64,000 nucleotides of DNA from Psammoneis japonica (Eukaryota). Positions 49,979 to 62,139 of this stretch are shown here, one piece after another. Positions within the stretch are counted from its first letter, which is position 1; each line of letters opens with the position of its first letter. A program made the position numbers and the translations under genes. The stretch lies in the NCBI GenBank assembly GCA_008632985.1, contig QPGO01000057.1, forward strand, positions 310,001 to 374,000, given 5' to 3'. A model generated the notes under the pieces. It did not search any database, had not been told where the DNA came from, and saw only the letters and a list, made by a program, of their open reading frames with translations.

Positions 49979-50136
49979 GGTAATACTGTAGCAGGTCGAG
50001 TTTCTGATGTGTGGGGAAGATAGCGAAGATCGTCGCTAGCCTGCGAACCAATCGCGGAAGTCTGTTCTGTGTCCGTCGTCGTCGTCCTTCTAAAAGTTTG
50101 CTCCAGCTACTCTCTACCGGTACTACCAGCTATAGT

Positions 50137-50157
50137 AGAGAGAGAGAGAGAGAGAGC
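50137..50157. repeat. (AG)n microsatellite
   Basis: agagagagagagagagagag. Confidence 0.85.
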
Positions 50158-50273
50158 AGCTCTCTCTAGTATCATAGCTAGTCGCAGTATCGGTATAGCT
50201 GCACTACGCAAAAAGCACTTTAACAATTTAAACTAATGGCTGTCAAAGCTAACAGCACCTTACGGTAGTAGAG

Positions 50274-51251
50274 CTACCACCCGTTCTCCACGTCAATTAC
50301 GACACGGCCAACTTTGGCAGGATCAAACTGGCGCTTAAAGGCATCATTGAGTTCCGAAATCTTGAAATGAGAGTCAATATCAATGACAAGAGACTTGTTC
50401 GAGAGCCATTCACCCACTAGTTCAAAATCAGCTCGCACGGGTTTGCAAGCAACGCAATGATTCTTGGATGGAGCGAGCAGGGAGATGGTCTTGTCACGGA
50501 AGAGCCCAATTGACGGTAACGTCTGCACATAAGCTCCTCCCATGACAAGCATATGCTTGACCTGCCACCAAGAGTAGTGTTGGGCACGTCGAATATGACA
50601 TTGTAAGTGCCCCTTGGAGTGTTTTGAACAGCATCTGGGTCTGTTTTGCGATCAATCACAACGTCAGCACCCATTTCTTGACTCGCTCAACGTCCTTTGT
50701 CGAGCATAGTGCAGTAACGTGGCTTTAAGGTTCTTGGCAATCATAACGGCAGCTGATCCTACCCCACCGCCGGCTCCAATAATGAGGATCTTTTGTCCTT
50801 CCGACAGTCCGCCATGATCACGCATAGCCTGAAGGGCTGTCAAACTCTCACAAGCGGACGCAGCAGCAATGTCAAAAGGAACATCTTGAGGCTTTATTGC
50901 TGTCATTTCTCGCGCAATCACAATGTACTCGGAGAAGGATCCCTGAATTTGATTCGGATCGTACTCTAAAAATCCAAAGACTTCGTCTCCCTCCTTCAAG
51001 TCTGTTACTTCTGAACCGAGAGCATCAACAGTACCCGCATAGTGCCATCCAATAACAAGAGGCTTATATTTCATATCGTGAATGTATGTTCCACTTGGGT
51101 CGTTGGCCAACACGGCATCTGAACCGGTATCAATGGCAGCACAAACAACCTTGACTCTTATCTCGTTCGGTCTCGTTTCGGGAATTGGTATTTCGACTAG
51201 CTGCGCCGGACTTGTTTCGTCCGTAAACACTTCCATAGCTTTCATCGACAT
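50274..51251 (-). CDS. MDR-family NAD(P)-dependent oxidoreductase (quinone reductase/RTN4IP1-like)
   Basis: GSFSEY, LTALQAM, IIGAGGGVGSAAV, GADVVID and GRVVI. Three one-base shifts (~50721, ~50676, ~50578). Confidence 0.85.
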
Positions 51252-51429
51252 TGTTGATTACTAAGTGTATTGTTTAAAATCCAGACGACTAAAAGTATGG
51301 TAAGAGGCGGTTTTATTTACACAATGCGGTAGAGAGTCGTCGTTCTGGGCGGCTAAAAGTACAGCGGCCATTTTCGAATCATTCGACCGCCTGCGACCAC
51401 ACCGACCACCAATAAACTAAACTTATTAC

Positions 51430-54200
51430 GTGCTGAAAATCATGGTTGGGAACAACAATGTGATTGAAACAAAAGATCTGGCCACAATTTGTTCCACCTT
51501 AATGGCAATGCACTCCCTTTCCCTGGAGGATGATCTGTGGCCCCTTCCTTGTCTTTGCAAGCGCGACTCTTTCCTTTCACCAACCAACTTCTCCAGATGT
51601 TGGATTTTTGGAAGAAAAGTCAGAGTTGGGCATTTTGTCCCCTGTGGCCACATCGGCAGTGATGCCAACATGCCAATGATCACTTGCTTGGAGCTCCTTG
51701 ACATGTGCTGCATGTGCACCAAAGTTTGGATGCCTTTCATGGAGTGGAAGTGGCGGTCAAAGTTGAGAGGGGCTTTGCAGCTGCAATGGCACCCTTGACT
51801 TTTCTGATGAAAGATGAAAGGAAAGGGAGCATGACTCCACTGCAGGAATGAATGTTCCATCAGTTTGATGTGCGAAGTGACCCCAGCAGATCCATGTTCA
51901 TTTTCAAGGCATGACCCTGCCTTGTCTTTCATTTCATGGGAGCCTTTTGCCAAGGCAAGCATGCCCAGTTTTGTTGTCAAACTCGCTGATGGCACAGTCC
52001 ATTCAAGTGAAAAGGTGGATCCTGTTTCAAAACAAATTGGCACTGCCCATGATGGATTGTGAGAGTTGAAATCTTTTTGCACCCTTGCCTTCCACCAGAT
52101 CCCCACCTCCAAGTGACAAGACACAACTCAGAAGAAGCAGCAAAGAAACAAGGGGTTGCTGTGCTTCACCTTGTCAAACACATTGGCTGGTCAGCAGAAA
52201 CAAATTGAGTTGCACTTTTGTGCTCATGATTTTTGCTCATGAACTGATTGTGCAACTTGTTGAATTTCAAATGATTTGTTTGCCAGATCATGGCTCAGCT
52301 GCACCAACTCTTCACTTGCCAGAAAGCAGCTGTTCACTGGGGCTTTAAAGAAGAGAGCAACTCCAGAGGGATTTCCAGGTGTGGTTGGTCCTCATTGCCT
52401 TTTGCTGGTGTGCCGCAGATGACATGTTTTTTGCACCAACAATGTGTGCCAACCTTTGCAGAGGTCCAGCAAGGCTGTGTGTTCTGCTCAAAAAGAGGAG
52501 TGTTGCCCATCAAAAGCAACCTGACAGAGGACTGCTCACAACCATTCAGAAATTGTGAGATCTCCTCACAATGCAAACACATGGGATGCCACTGCCTTTT
52601 TCCCTCTCTGTTGCAATGCATTGGTTGCATGTGTCAAGCACTTTGCATTTGCCTCTGTGAAGAATGCAACATGTGCTTTCCACTCAAACCTGCAGAGACT
52701 CATGAAAAGTGCCATTTCTGACATCCTGTGACATTGTGTTGATGTGATCCTCCTGACCAAAACCTGTCAATGCACAATGTAGATTTGATCACACACATGC
52801 AAGAACTTGCACAATGAACCCAGCTCAAACAAGACTTGATGTCCTTCCCCATACATTGCTTTCCTCTGCCTGTGCTTGAACTTGACCCAGCCATGCTTGG
52901 CTCTTGCCAACTCTCTTGCTGGCTTGCACCCACCAGCATGCCAAGTTTGCACTCTTCCACAAAGGGCAAACAGCCCTCACAGAGTTGCTGCATTTGACTC
53001 TTGAGAATGGCACCTGTGCATGCCAGAGAACATTTGGTGCAAGTCATTCTGCTCAAAAGGCCAGCTGGGCAGCTGGACAAGCTGTGCTGCAACCCACTGT
53101 CTGAAACAAATGCTGCTGGGCATGCATGGCTCTCTCCCATCCTCAGCAACTTTCTGCTTTGCAATTTTTTTCTCGTTGCCTTCTGATTTTCAATGATGGC
53201 TGAAGTTGGTCTCGTTGCTCTTGTTTTTCCCAGCACCTTGCTTCAACCACCACCTGCCCAGGTTTGCCAACTTTGTTTTGAAATGTTGTGAACATTGTTT
53301 TCTTCACTGGGCTCACATTGTCTGCAGGAAGCTAAAACGTGCTGTGTTGCACACAAAAACAATCTGGTTTTCTCTCCTCATGCAATGGAGAGCACACTTG
53401 CCCTTCTTTGAGAATGAAGAAAAAGAAAGGCCTTGCCAAGACCCAACATGCTGAGAATGGATGGCTGTCATGCTGCGGTGCCATTGCTCTCAGGAAGTTT
53501 GGCCTCTGGAAGCAACAACACCTGCCATTTCAACAAAAACACCCATGATGTGCAGTCAGCAATGCTTCAAATCTTACCTTGCCAAAGCCCTTGCAGCCTG
53601 CTGCAAGTGCTTGTGACAGCTGACAAGCAGTCTCTTGTTTTCACCTTCCATGGAGCCAGGCTCTGCACATGAATGATGTCATAAAAAGGTGCTTTTGAGT
53701 TCCTGGCTCTCATCACATTCCCACAAAGGCAGCTGCACTGACGCACCTCTCAAAATGACAAAGATTGCTCAACAAAGTCTCAGCCCACAGCAAGAGGGAT
53801 GTGGGGACTCCAGCTGCATTTCCTGCCCACGGAGCAAACAGGCATGTGTCTCTGTGAACACACAGCAAAAAAGTTCTTGAAGGGGGGCCCCTCGCAGCAC
53901 TGGACTGTGACACAAAAGTTTTGCTTTGTCATGCGCTGCATGTTGCAAGCATGCATTTCTGCTTGTGACTTTGGCAGCATCATGTGTCATTTTGTGGTTC
54001 AATTTTTGGGCCATCCACTCAACAACTTTTTGACTTTTTTGCAGCACCACTCTCAAATGTCTTGAGAGCAGTGCAGGGTAGGTGGATTTTTGAAAATGTT
54101 GAGTGTTGAGAGGCACAATTGCACCACAAATTGGTTGTCGAACTGAACTCTAATTCTGCTGAGAAGGCATGATGACACAACCCTAACCTACAGTGCCATG
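51430..54200. mobile_element. Block F: degenerate TpA/CpG-depleted DNA
   Basis: About ten TA in 2.7 kb; very CA/TG-rich; Tyr-poor ORFs in all frames. Confidence 0.7.
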
Positions 54201-54317
54201 ATACAACACACAATACACATGCCTAAAGGTGCTTTAAGCGATGATTACACAACAGACTAGCGCAAGAGTCTACGAGCATGGGAAAAGGTCGTTACAGACC
54301 CGGAACTGAGGACAGAG

Positions 54318-55952
54318 CTACTCTTCCACCCTTTTCCCATCCTTGTAATGATACGACGGTGTTCGCATCGTCACTAGTTCTTCAGCTGATGTCGGATGGA
54401 TTCCAATCGTATTGTCAAAGTCTGCTTTGGTCGCTCCCATCTTGACAGCTACCGCAACGCCTTGCATTACTTCTCCGGCTGAATCTGTGGCCAAATGAAC
54501 TCCAACAACCTTGTCTGTCGCTGTCTCAACGATGATTTTGAACATGGTGTACGTTTCTGACTTTGGGAAGGAGTGCATCATTGGTCGAAATTTAGTCTTG
54601 TAGATGGTAATGTCTTTGAACTTCTCCGCCGCATCCTCTTCTGTATACCCGATAGTTGCAATTTCTGGATTCGTAAACACAGTAGACGCAACATATTCAT
54701 GGTCAACAGGTCGATCGTGACCTCCGAAAAGCGTATCGGCAAGTCGGTGACCCTCCATCAAGGCGACAGGCGTGAGAGCAATGCGATCCGTTACATCACC
54801 AACCGCGTAGACGCCATCAACATTTGTTTTCGAGTACTCATCGACTGGAATAAAGCTACCCTTTGTTTCAACTCCGGCTGACTCTAGATTGAGTTTTTCA
54901 ATCTTCCCGTTGCGCCCTGTAGCCATCAGCACACAATCGCATTCAACACGAGTGCCGCTTTCCGTCACAACGGTCAAACTACCATCTTCATTCTTGATAA
55001 TTTCAGCGGGATTCGTGTTGAACTGCAGATCAATATTGCTATTCTCTTGCATTTCGTCTCGCAGTAGCTCTCGCATGTCTTGATCAAAGCCTCTCAAGAA
55101 CAAGTCTCCACGATACATGAGAGTCACGTCACTACCAAGGCCGTCCATTATCTGAGCAAATTCGAGAGCTATGAAACCACCTCCTACAGTGACGATACGC
55201 TTTGGCTGTTCCTTTAGGTAAAAGATTTCATTTGAAGTAATAGCATGTTCGATGCCCGGAATGTTGGGCTTGTTGGGCCAGCCTCCGACCGCGATAACAA
55301 CATTCTTTGTCTTTAAAGTCTGCGACACGGTTTGACCATAGTCAGTCGACACATCGACTGCGTTTGGCCCGTTCAAACTGCCAAAGCCTTCAATAACTTC
55401 AACCCCAGCGTTCTTTAGGACAAAGTTTTGGTAGACGGTGTTGAGCCGAGTGATCTCTGTATCCTTGGCTTCCATGAAGGAGTCCCAATTGAAGGTTCCT
55501 GGTCCCGCACCTTCCCAGCCGTATCCAGAGCTTTCGCTAATGGCACCTGGATAGCGACTTGCAAAAACCATTAGTTTTTTCGGTACACAACCTACGTTGA
55601 CGCACTATGACAAAGAGAAGTGTATGTACTTATGAGCAAGTGGCAAGCCTCCAAACAACTCTTCCAGGCAAACAATACTCACTGTCCCACCGATGGCAGA
55701 ATAATTCGGAGCACCATGCTGCAGTTGAGGCTCTAGAAGGGCGACCTTTTTACCGTAGCCCGCCGCGATACGACTAGCCCGAACTCCTCCAGATCCACCG
55801 CCAATAACCACCAAGTCGTATTCGTCATCTCCCGCACTGGAACGGAGGTTACTCAAAGATCGCAAGGATGGTGCGCCAGTACCGCGTGGTGCAAATGCGG
55901 ATACCGGTGCCAACGACAACACGAGGGCGAAAGATGCAACAAGAAGATTCAT
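54318..55952 (-). CDS. GSR: Glutathione reductase, probably plastid-targeted
   Basis: VIGGGSGGVRA, GGT|CVNVGCVPKK (intron 55682-55605) and GIHPTSAEE; signal peptide ending VSA-FAP. Confidence 0.97.
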
Positions 55953-56252
55953 TACCCAAAAACAATGAATTACAGGATGCAAAAGGCACTGATAGAGAGT
56001 TGGTAGTCGTATTGTATTTGAGACACAACAGATGCATCGTCGGCTTCGACCCCACCAGCTGTCCCTGCGAAGAAGAAAGATGATTCAAGATGCCATCAGA
56101 AAAATGTGAGCATCGGGTTATGAGATGACATGAAGTACGTACTAGCGACTGAAAATGTGCGGGATTCAACTTTTGAATGAGGAACGCACCAAAATCGCGT
56201 GTGTTTTATGTAGCAGGCCCTCTATCTACTGTAGTCTCCAGTCTACCTCTCT

Positions 56253-59200
56253 CTAGAGTAGATTTGAAGTTATACTTGTTGGAAAAGCGATCGGTTTTTG
56301 CAGCCTTCTTCCAACACTCAGCCAGCCCTTCAGATTCGGAGAAAAAAGTATCCGTTCTAGTCCATGAACGTCGCCAACCGCATTGTGCGCCGTCTCCATT
56401 GCTGAGTTGAAAATGTGATTGTATACACTCTCCAAGCTGAAAGACTGCGGTCGACAAGCGCCTGGTCCTTTCCACAGCTCTCTCGACTTGACTAGCTGTA
56501 GAGTATCAATAGAAGACTCGATTCCGGTATCCCTGCTGAAAAGAGGGACACCTAGTCCCGACAAACCGTTCGCCCTGGCTGCAACAGCCAGTCTTTTGAC
56601 TTCACTGTTGAGGATCCTGACATCGAAAGCAGCGTTATGAGCAAGAATGCAAATCTTCCTCCCTTTCCGTACCCTGTTACAAAACGAACAAAAGTCCCGG
56701 TAAACTACATCAAACGACGAAGCTCCATCCAAGACTTCACCACTGGCCAGGTCCACTCCCCCCTCCCTAAGGAATTTGTCTGTAATTCCTGTAAGATTCT
56801 CAATAACAGGGTCAAGTTGCACCGGAGGACAGCAATATGCAGAAAACTGATCCTCGGCATTTGAAGATCCAAGGACCTTAGCAGCGATCTGAATTACATG
56901 GTCGTTCGCAGATAAGCCTGTAGTTTCCGTATCCAGTACAAGGAACAGACTATCATCGCTGCTAGTAAAACCTGGGGCGACAGCCTGAGAGTATTCGTTG
57001 ATATTTGACTTCGCCTTGACCTCGGCTTTCTTGCGTGTTGTCCGGTTGGGTACTGTTGAAGCCGAAGATTGCTGTTCACGAGCCTTGACGTCCGACGTTG
57101 AAATGTCGCCAACAACATTATCAGACGCTGAAACGAAACGACTTCCGTTAGCTTCGAAGACCATGACGGTATCTGATACCCGAGGCTCGATTTCCAGCTT
57201 TCGTGATTCGATTTCTGGAACGGAGGATTGAATCGGCTGTAGCCCCGAAATGTCTGAAGATCCGAGACTTTTTGACAAAGACTGAAACAAAACTTCGACT
57301 TGGTCATCACAGTCCCCATGATTGGCCTGCAAAAACGAGACATCGCGCAACGTCCTTATCGCGGACGCAGCGTTGTTCTCTTCTGATTCTGTATTCCAGT
57401 TGCCAAATAGAGCTAGACCCATGCGGAGACGCAGTCCATTAGCACTACACGCAGAAGCTTTTCGCATTGGTTGAATGTTTTCCACTGCGACCAGCTCGCA
57501 TATTGACGTGCTTGGTAAGCTCGGTGCCGGCGTCGTTGCTAGTATCTCGTATGCCTCGTTCTCGACGAAAGATCGACCGAGCAAGGCAGCTGGGAACACC
57601 AACTCGAAATGATGAGAAAGGTCGACCACTAAGCCATTGGTCAAACCAGCCTGCCGTAACCCGACCATCTGGCCTGGACCACGTAGCTCAAAGTCTGCCA
57701 TTGCTACTCGAACGCCATCGTCTGTTTCGCGAAGCACATTCAAACGTTTCATTGAATGTGATGTAGATGCTCTCGTCAGAAGAATGCAGTAACAACTTAA
57801 GTTTCTTGTCTTGTCACTCTTGTCGATGCTACCGCGCTTCTTCACAGACCGACCAATACGACCACGAAGCTGGTGCAACTGGCTTAGACCAAACCTATCT
57901 GCGTCTTCGACCACCAAAATTGTAACGGAAGGGATGTCAATTCCAACTTCTAGAACGGTGGTACCCACTAGTACATCGACATTCAATTCGGGATCGGCGA
58001 ACGCGCGTAGCTCAGCTTCTCGATCAGAAACTGCCATGCGCCCATGAACCATTCCGACACGGTTGGGCCCAGGGCTCTTGCAAGATAATTGTAGCGGTCC
58101 AAAACGCTAGTCATAGTGTCGTTTTCAGTCTCAAGTCCGATTTCCCCCAGATTACCATCATCGTCGTCAAAGTATTGACCCTCTCCTATTCTTGGAAGAA
58201 TCCAAAATACTTTTGCTCCTACAGAAACATGTTTCATGACACCATCTACGACTTTTTCGAGCTTCTGCCCATCGACAATGTGTGTCTGCACGGGTTTGAT
58301 TCCTTGGGGCTTCGAATCGAGAAGAGAAACATCCATGGATCCTGTTCGCACAACAAAAGGCGCCACGTTGTTGTAGCCTCCGAGCGCAAGCGTTCTTGGT
58401 ATGGGGGTTGCTGTCATGTAGAGGGTGTGAGCCGCACAGCGCGACAGTACTTCCCGCTGTGCCACGCCAAACCGTTGTTCTTCGTCAAAAACAGCCAGAG
58501 ATAAGCCAGTGTCGTCGTCTCTTAGTCGAGTGGTTGGTGATAAGCTGGCAAGCCTATCTGCAACATCATCTGTGAGAAGTGCATGAGTTCCAACCAAGAA
58601 GAAAGCCTCGTCTTTAGAGCATGCCTCTACTCGTCCCAACAGCCTCTCTCGCTCCGCGCCCGTCACACTCCCAGTCAGTGATTCAACGTGAAGCTTTCGC
58701 AGAGGATGAGCCGAGGAAACCGGCAAATGTCTGTTTAGTGTAGATACAAAATCAGCGAGAGACCTGGCATGCTGGTTAACCAAAATGGCGGTGGGTGCAA
58801 GAATAGCAGCGACCCTTCCTCCTGTTTCAAGACAGCCCAAAGCTAAAAGATACGCAACCACAGTTTTCCCCGAAGAAACGTCTCCCTGCAACAGTCGTGT
58901 CATTCGGCCGTTCCTGTTGTCATCTGATACCGTATCTCTCCATGCCTCATCCAAGCACCTCTTCTGAGCGTCAGTGAGTTTGAAGGGAAGTAATGAGATA
59001 GCAGCTGTGACCAAAGGGCTTTTTGTCCATGATGAAGACGAGAACGTACTCTTCTCGTCCTCCGTTCGTTTCATGCTGCTTCGAAAGGGAGCTTTGTATC
59101 GCCACCGAGTGAGGGCTAAGTGGGCTTGTTGCATGCACAATTCTTCAAATGCCAAACGCATTCTTGGCGGACAAGCCGGTCCTCCCTTATAGTCAGCGAC

Positions 59201-60493
59201 TTGTTGCGGACGGTGCGCCAACCAAAGTGCATCAGCAAGTGAGCAGGGCCAACCCACGGACCGTAACGTGGTGGACGACAAAACTTCAGGTACGCAATCT
59301 AACACTTCTTTTCCCAATTCCAAGGCCTTGTCCATGGTGTTTTTCATTCGAGATTGTGTCAATCGGTCTGTCAAACGATATTTTGGCTCAATCTGCAACG
59401 CCTCGTTCATTTCATCGAGCGGCTTGACCCAGTCTGGCTGAACAATTTCGAAACCATGCTTGGTCTCTTTGAGAACGCCAGACACAAGACGTCTACTTCC
59501 GGGACTTCCAAACAATCGTCGGTAACCCGCTGCTGCCCTATTCGATTTCCCGCAAAAATATGTAATTGTCAGAGGCCCTTGGCTTTCGTCGTGACATTGC
59601 ACTTTGAAAATGCTAAGTTTGTTTGACACGTTACCACTGTAATACATGGTTTCAACAGTAACTTGCAAAGTAACCACTTGACCGGGTGTGGCATCCAATG
59701 CAACATTTCGACAAAGCTTGGTGCGATCAATAAATGACGTTGGAAAATACCAAAGCAGAGATCGGATTGTGTACAGATTCAAACGCGCAAATGCCTCGGC
59801 TGTCTTGGGGCCAACACCGTGCAAGGTTGAAATGGGCTTCTCCAACTCGTAAAGTTTGGAGACAAACTGTTCTGCAAGGTCGATACTGACAGTAGCGTCG
59901 TGTTGCGGTATCTCAAGAGATTGTCGACGTCTCGCAGCGGTCTCTGCAGGTTTGGTTTTCTTACTGTTTCTGCGGCTTGCAGGGCGTGTGCGTTCTCCTC
60001 TTGCAGGAGCGTGATTATGAAGAGCTGTATGACTTTCTTTCTGTTCTTTCTCTTTCAAGTTCCTGCCGAGTCAACAAGACAACACAGGCAGTGAGATGAA
60101 ATGCGCCGCAAATGCCAATGACGATTGTTGAAAGGAGCATACTAGTACATGCCTCACTATGGCCATGACATACGGGCCGGGATGAGCAATTGCTTCTTTG
60201 CCAGTAGAAGCTCTTATGTTCTTTTGCGTAACATATTCCGTGATTGCTTGTTTCACAAGAGGACGTGGAAAGGACTTTAATTTTTGAATCCATTTTTCGC
60301 CGAATTCGTCTTGTTCAAAAAAAGATCCATCATCACCGGTTGAGGCTGCTACTCCCATGTTGTCTTTGCTCGAATGAATCAATGTTATGGAACGAGAAGG
60401 ATGCTGTGGAGAAATGACAAACGCAGTTGCAAACGTCAGCACCGCCAGGATTAATATGATTGCAAGCGTTCTCCGTCTCATTTGCATCATCAT
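56253..60493 (-). CDS. recG: RecG-like SF2 helicase fused to a C-terminal DEDDh 3'-5' exonuclease, probably organelle-targeted
   Basis: GVGPKTA, RLAFEEL, RLLQGDVSSGKT, DEEQRFG, TATPIPRTL, TTVLEVGIDIP, QLHQLRGRIGR and DFELRGPG. Then LDTETTGL...AHNAAFD...AHNAVGD. Frameshift at ~58066; probable intron 60152-60063. Confidence 0.9.
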
Positions 60494-60970
60494 GGTGCTT
60501 CAGCATTCAGCATGTGGCTGCGTGGCCGGATTTGGGATCTTTTTGTGATGGCTTTTGGTCGATCGAAGGAAACGATGCGATGCCGCGAGGTCTAATGCTT
60601 TTTTCGCGAGGTCTATTGCTTTTGCGCGAGGTCCAACGGTTTTTTCAAAAAAACTAGACCTCGCACAGGCAATGGTTTTGTCTGGACCTCAGACCTCGCC
60701 CGCACCTCAACCGTACCAGTGTTGGCATGCAACAATAACAACGGATGGATCGGATGGAATGCCAAGTCAAAGTTGATGGCCTGCTTCTCCTGTGTTGTGG
60801 CTTATAATATACGTATGATAGCGTGGCCCATTCTATTTGTTGTTGATTGTTCAAGTTTTGTGTTGCGTGAAAACATAAAGCACTCCAACTCATTTTACTC
60901 TTGCCCTCACAATTATCAAAAAGGAGATTCAGAAGATACGGTGAGACTTTTCTTATCAAAGGAGGAAATT

Positions 60971-61807
60971 ATGAATGACGAAAGCACACAGCGTTACACC
61001 AGTCCTTTTTTATCGACTTCTTCTGATGACGTTGATACGACGGCTTTGATCATTCTCAATAGTCCTATTCGTCGCCCTCCAAGTCGAGTATTTCAGAAAC
61101 TGTGGGAAACGTCTTCGATCCGAGTGTGTGCCGACGGAGGCGCAAATCGGCTTTATGATGCTATGATCTCGACACGGATGATGGAAGAATACATTCCTAC
61201 GGCCATCAAAGGGGACTTGGATAGTCTTCGAGGCCGTGTTCGAGACTATTATGAATCAAAAGGGGCACTAGTAGAAAAGGATCCATCGCAAGATACAAAT
61301 GATCTAGACAAGTCGCTGCAGCTTGTCAAACACCTACTGGCGAAAGAAGGAAACAATGATAGAGCAGCCACTCGAATACTAATATATGGCGCGTTTGGAG
61401 GTCGATTTGACCAAGAAATGGGTTGCATGCAAGCTTTATTCAAATGGGGAGAAGCCTTCAACCACAACCTAGCCCTTTGTAACGATGACACCTGTGCGAT
61501 TCTACTCTCGGCAAACAAGAGACATGAAATTCGTTTGCCCAACTATGGTGAAAGCTCTGACAATGAGTTTTCACTAAATAATGCTGGTGAAGGGCCAACG
61601 TGCGGTCTAATCCCTCTGGCGTGCAGCTGCGACGCCGTAACCACCAATGGGTTGAAATGGGATTTGCATGGCGTCACCACCCAATTTGGCGGTCTTGTCA
61701 GTACCTCCAATCGAGCAATGAAGCCTGTGGTACAAGTAACATCGTCCCATCCTATTGTCTTTACGGCAGAAATGATAAGCGGCGAAGAAGAAGATGCATC
61801 CGGATAG
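60971..61807 (+). CDS. TPK1: Thiamine pyrophosphokinase
   Basis: CADGGANRL, GDLDS, QDTNDLDK, GGRFDQ, GLKWDL and LVSTSN. Confidence 0.95.
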   Translation: MNDESTQRYTSPFLSTSSDDVDTTALIILNSPIRRPPSRVFQKLWETSSIRVCADGGANRLYDAMISTRMMEEYIPTAIKGDLDSLRGRVRDYYESKGALVEKDPSQDTNDLDKSLQLVKHLLAKEGNNDRAATRILIYGAFGGRFDQEMGCMQALFKWGEAFNHNLALCNDDTCAILLSANKRHEIRLPNYGESSDNEFSLNNAGEGPTCGLIPLACSCDAVTTNGLKWDLHGVTTQFGGLVSTSNRAMKPVVQVTSSHPIVFTAEMISGEEEDASG

Positions 61808-62139
61808 ATTTGAGAAAGCAAAGTGTTGTTGAACTCACGGCCATCGCAGGCACAGACCACTAATTGCCAATTGAAATACCTGCAGCGAATGAGGAATATA
61901 TCCCAATGATTCCGAATGTGACTTTGAATTGTGGAGTAGCGATGTGTCATGTCGCGTTGAATGGTGTACAAAAACGCAAACGTTGTTCATTGTTGCAATA
62001 CTTGTTTTAACGGCTATTATAGTCTTCCTCCAAAGTGGGCACTGCGCCGATTCTAAGAAGGACAGACGTAATCAGATACAAACAAGCTTAGAGAAGTTTG
62101 CCTAGTGACAGCTGTCTGCGTCACTACAGTAATCACTGT

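Noticed and set aside
54178..54192. Telomeric repeat (aaccctaacc) at the edge of block F
   Set aside because: Only about 1.5 units; expected by chance.
1..54200. The many 60-230 aa ORFs inside the TA-depleted blocks as real genes
   Set aside because: They overlap in all six frames, lack Tyr and arise because TAA/TAG are absent.
1..54200. Classical fungal RIP
   Set aside because: RIP enriches TpA and depletes CpA/TpG; the opposite is seen here.
11178..58100. Single-base frameshifts in many conserved genes (~11800, 28729, 34424, 36438, 38590, 41330, 50578, 50676, 50721, 58066) read as programmed frameshifting or mass pseudogenisation
   Set aside because: Nearly all are one missing base in a short homopolymer within otherwise intact, often essential genes, which is typical of long-read consensus errors. 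Short-read polishing would confirm.
61808..62139. TPP riboswitch in the thiamine pyrophosphokinase 3' UTR
   Set aside because: No aptamer consensus (GCUGAGA...CUGAU...) visible.
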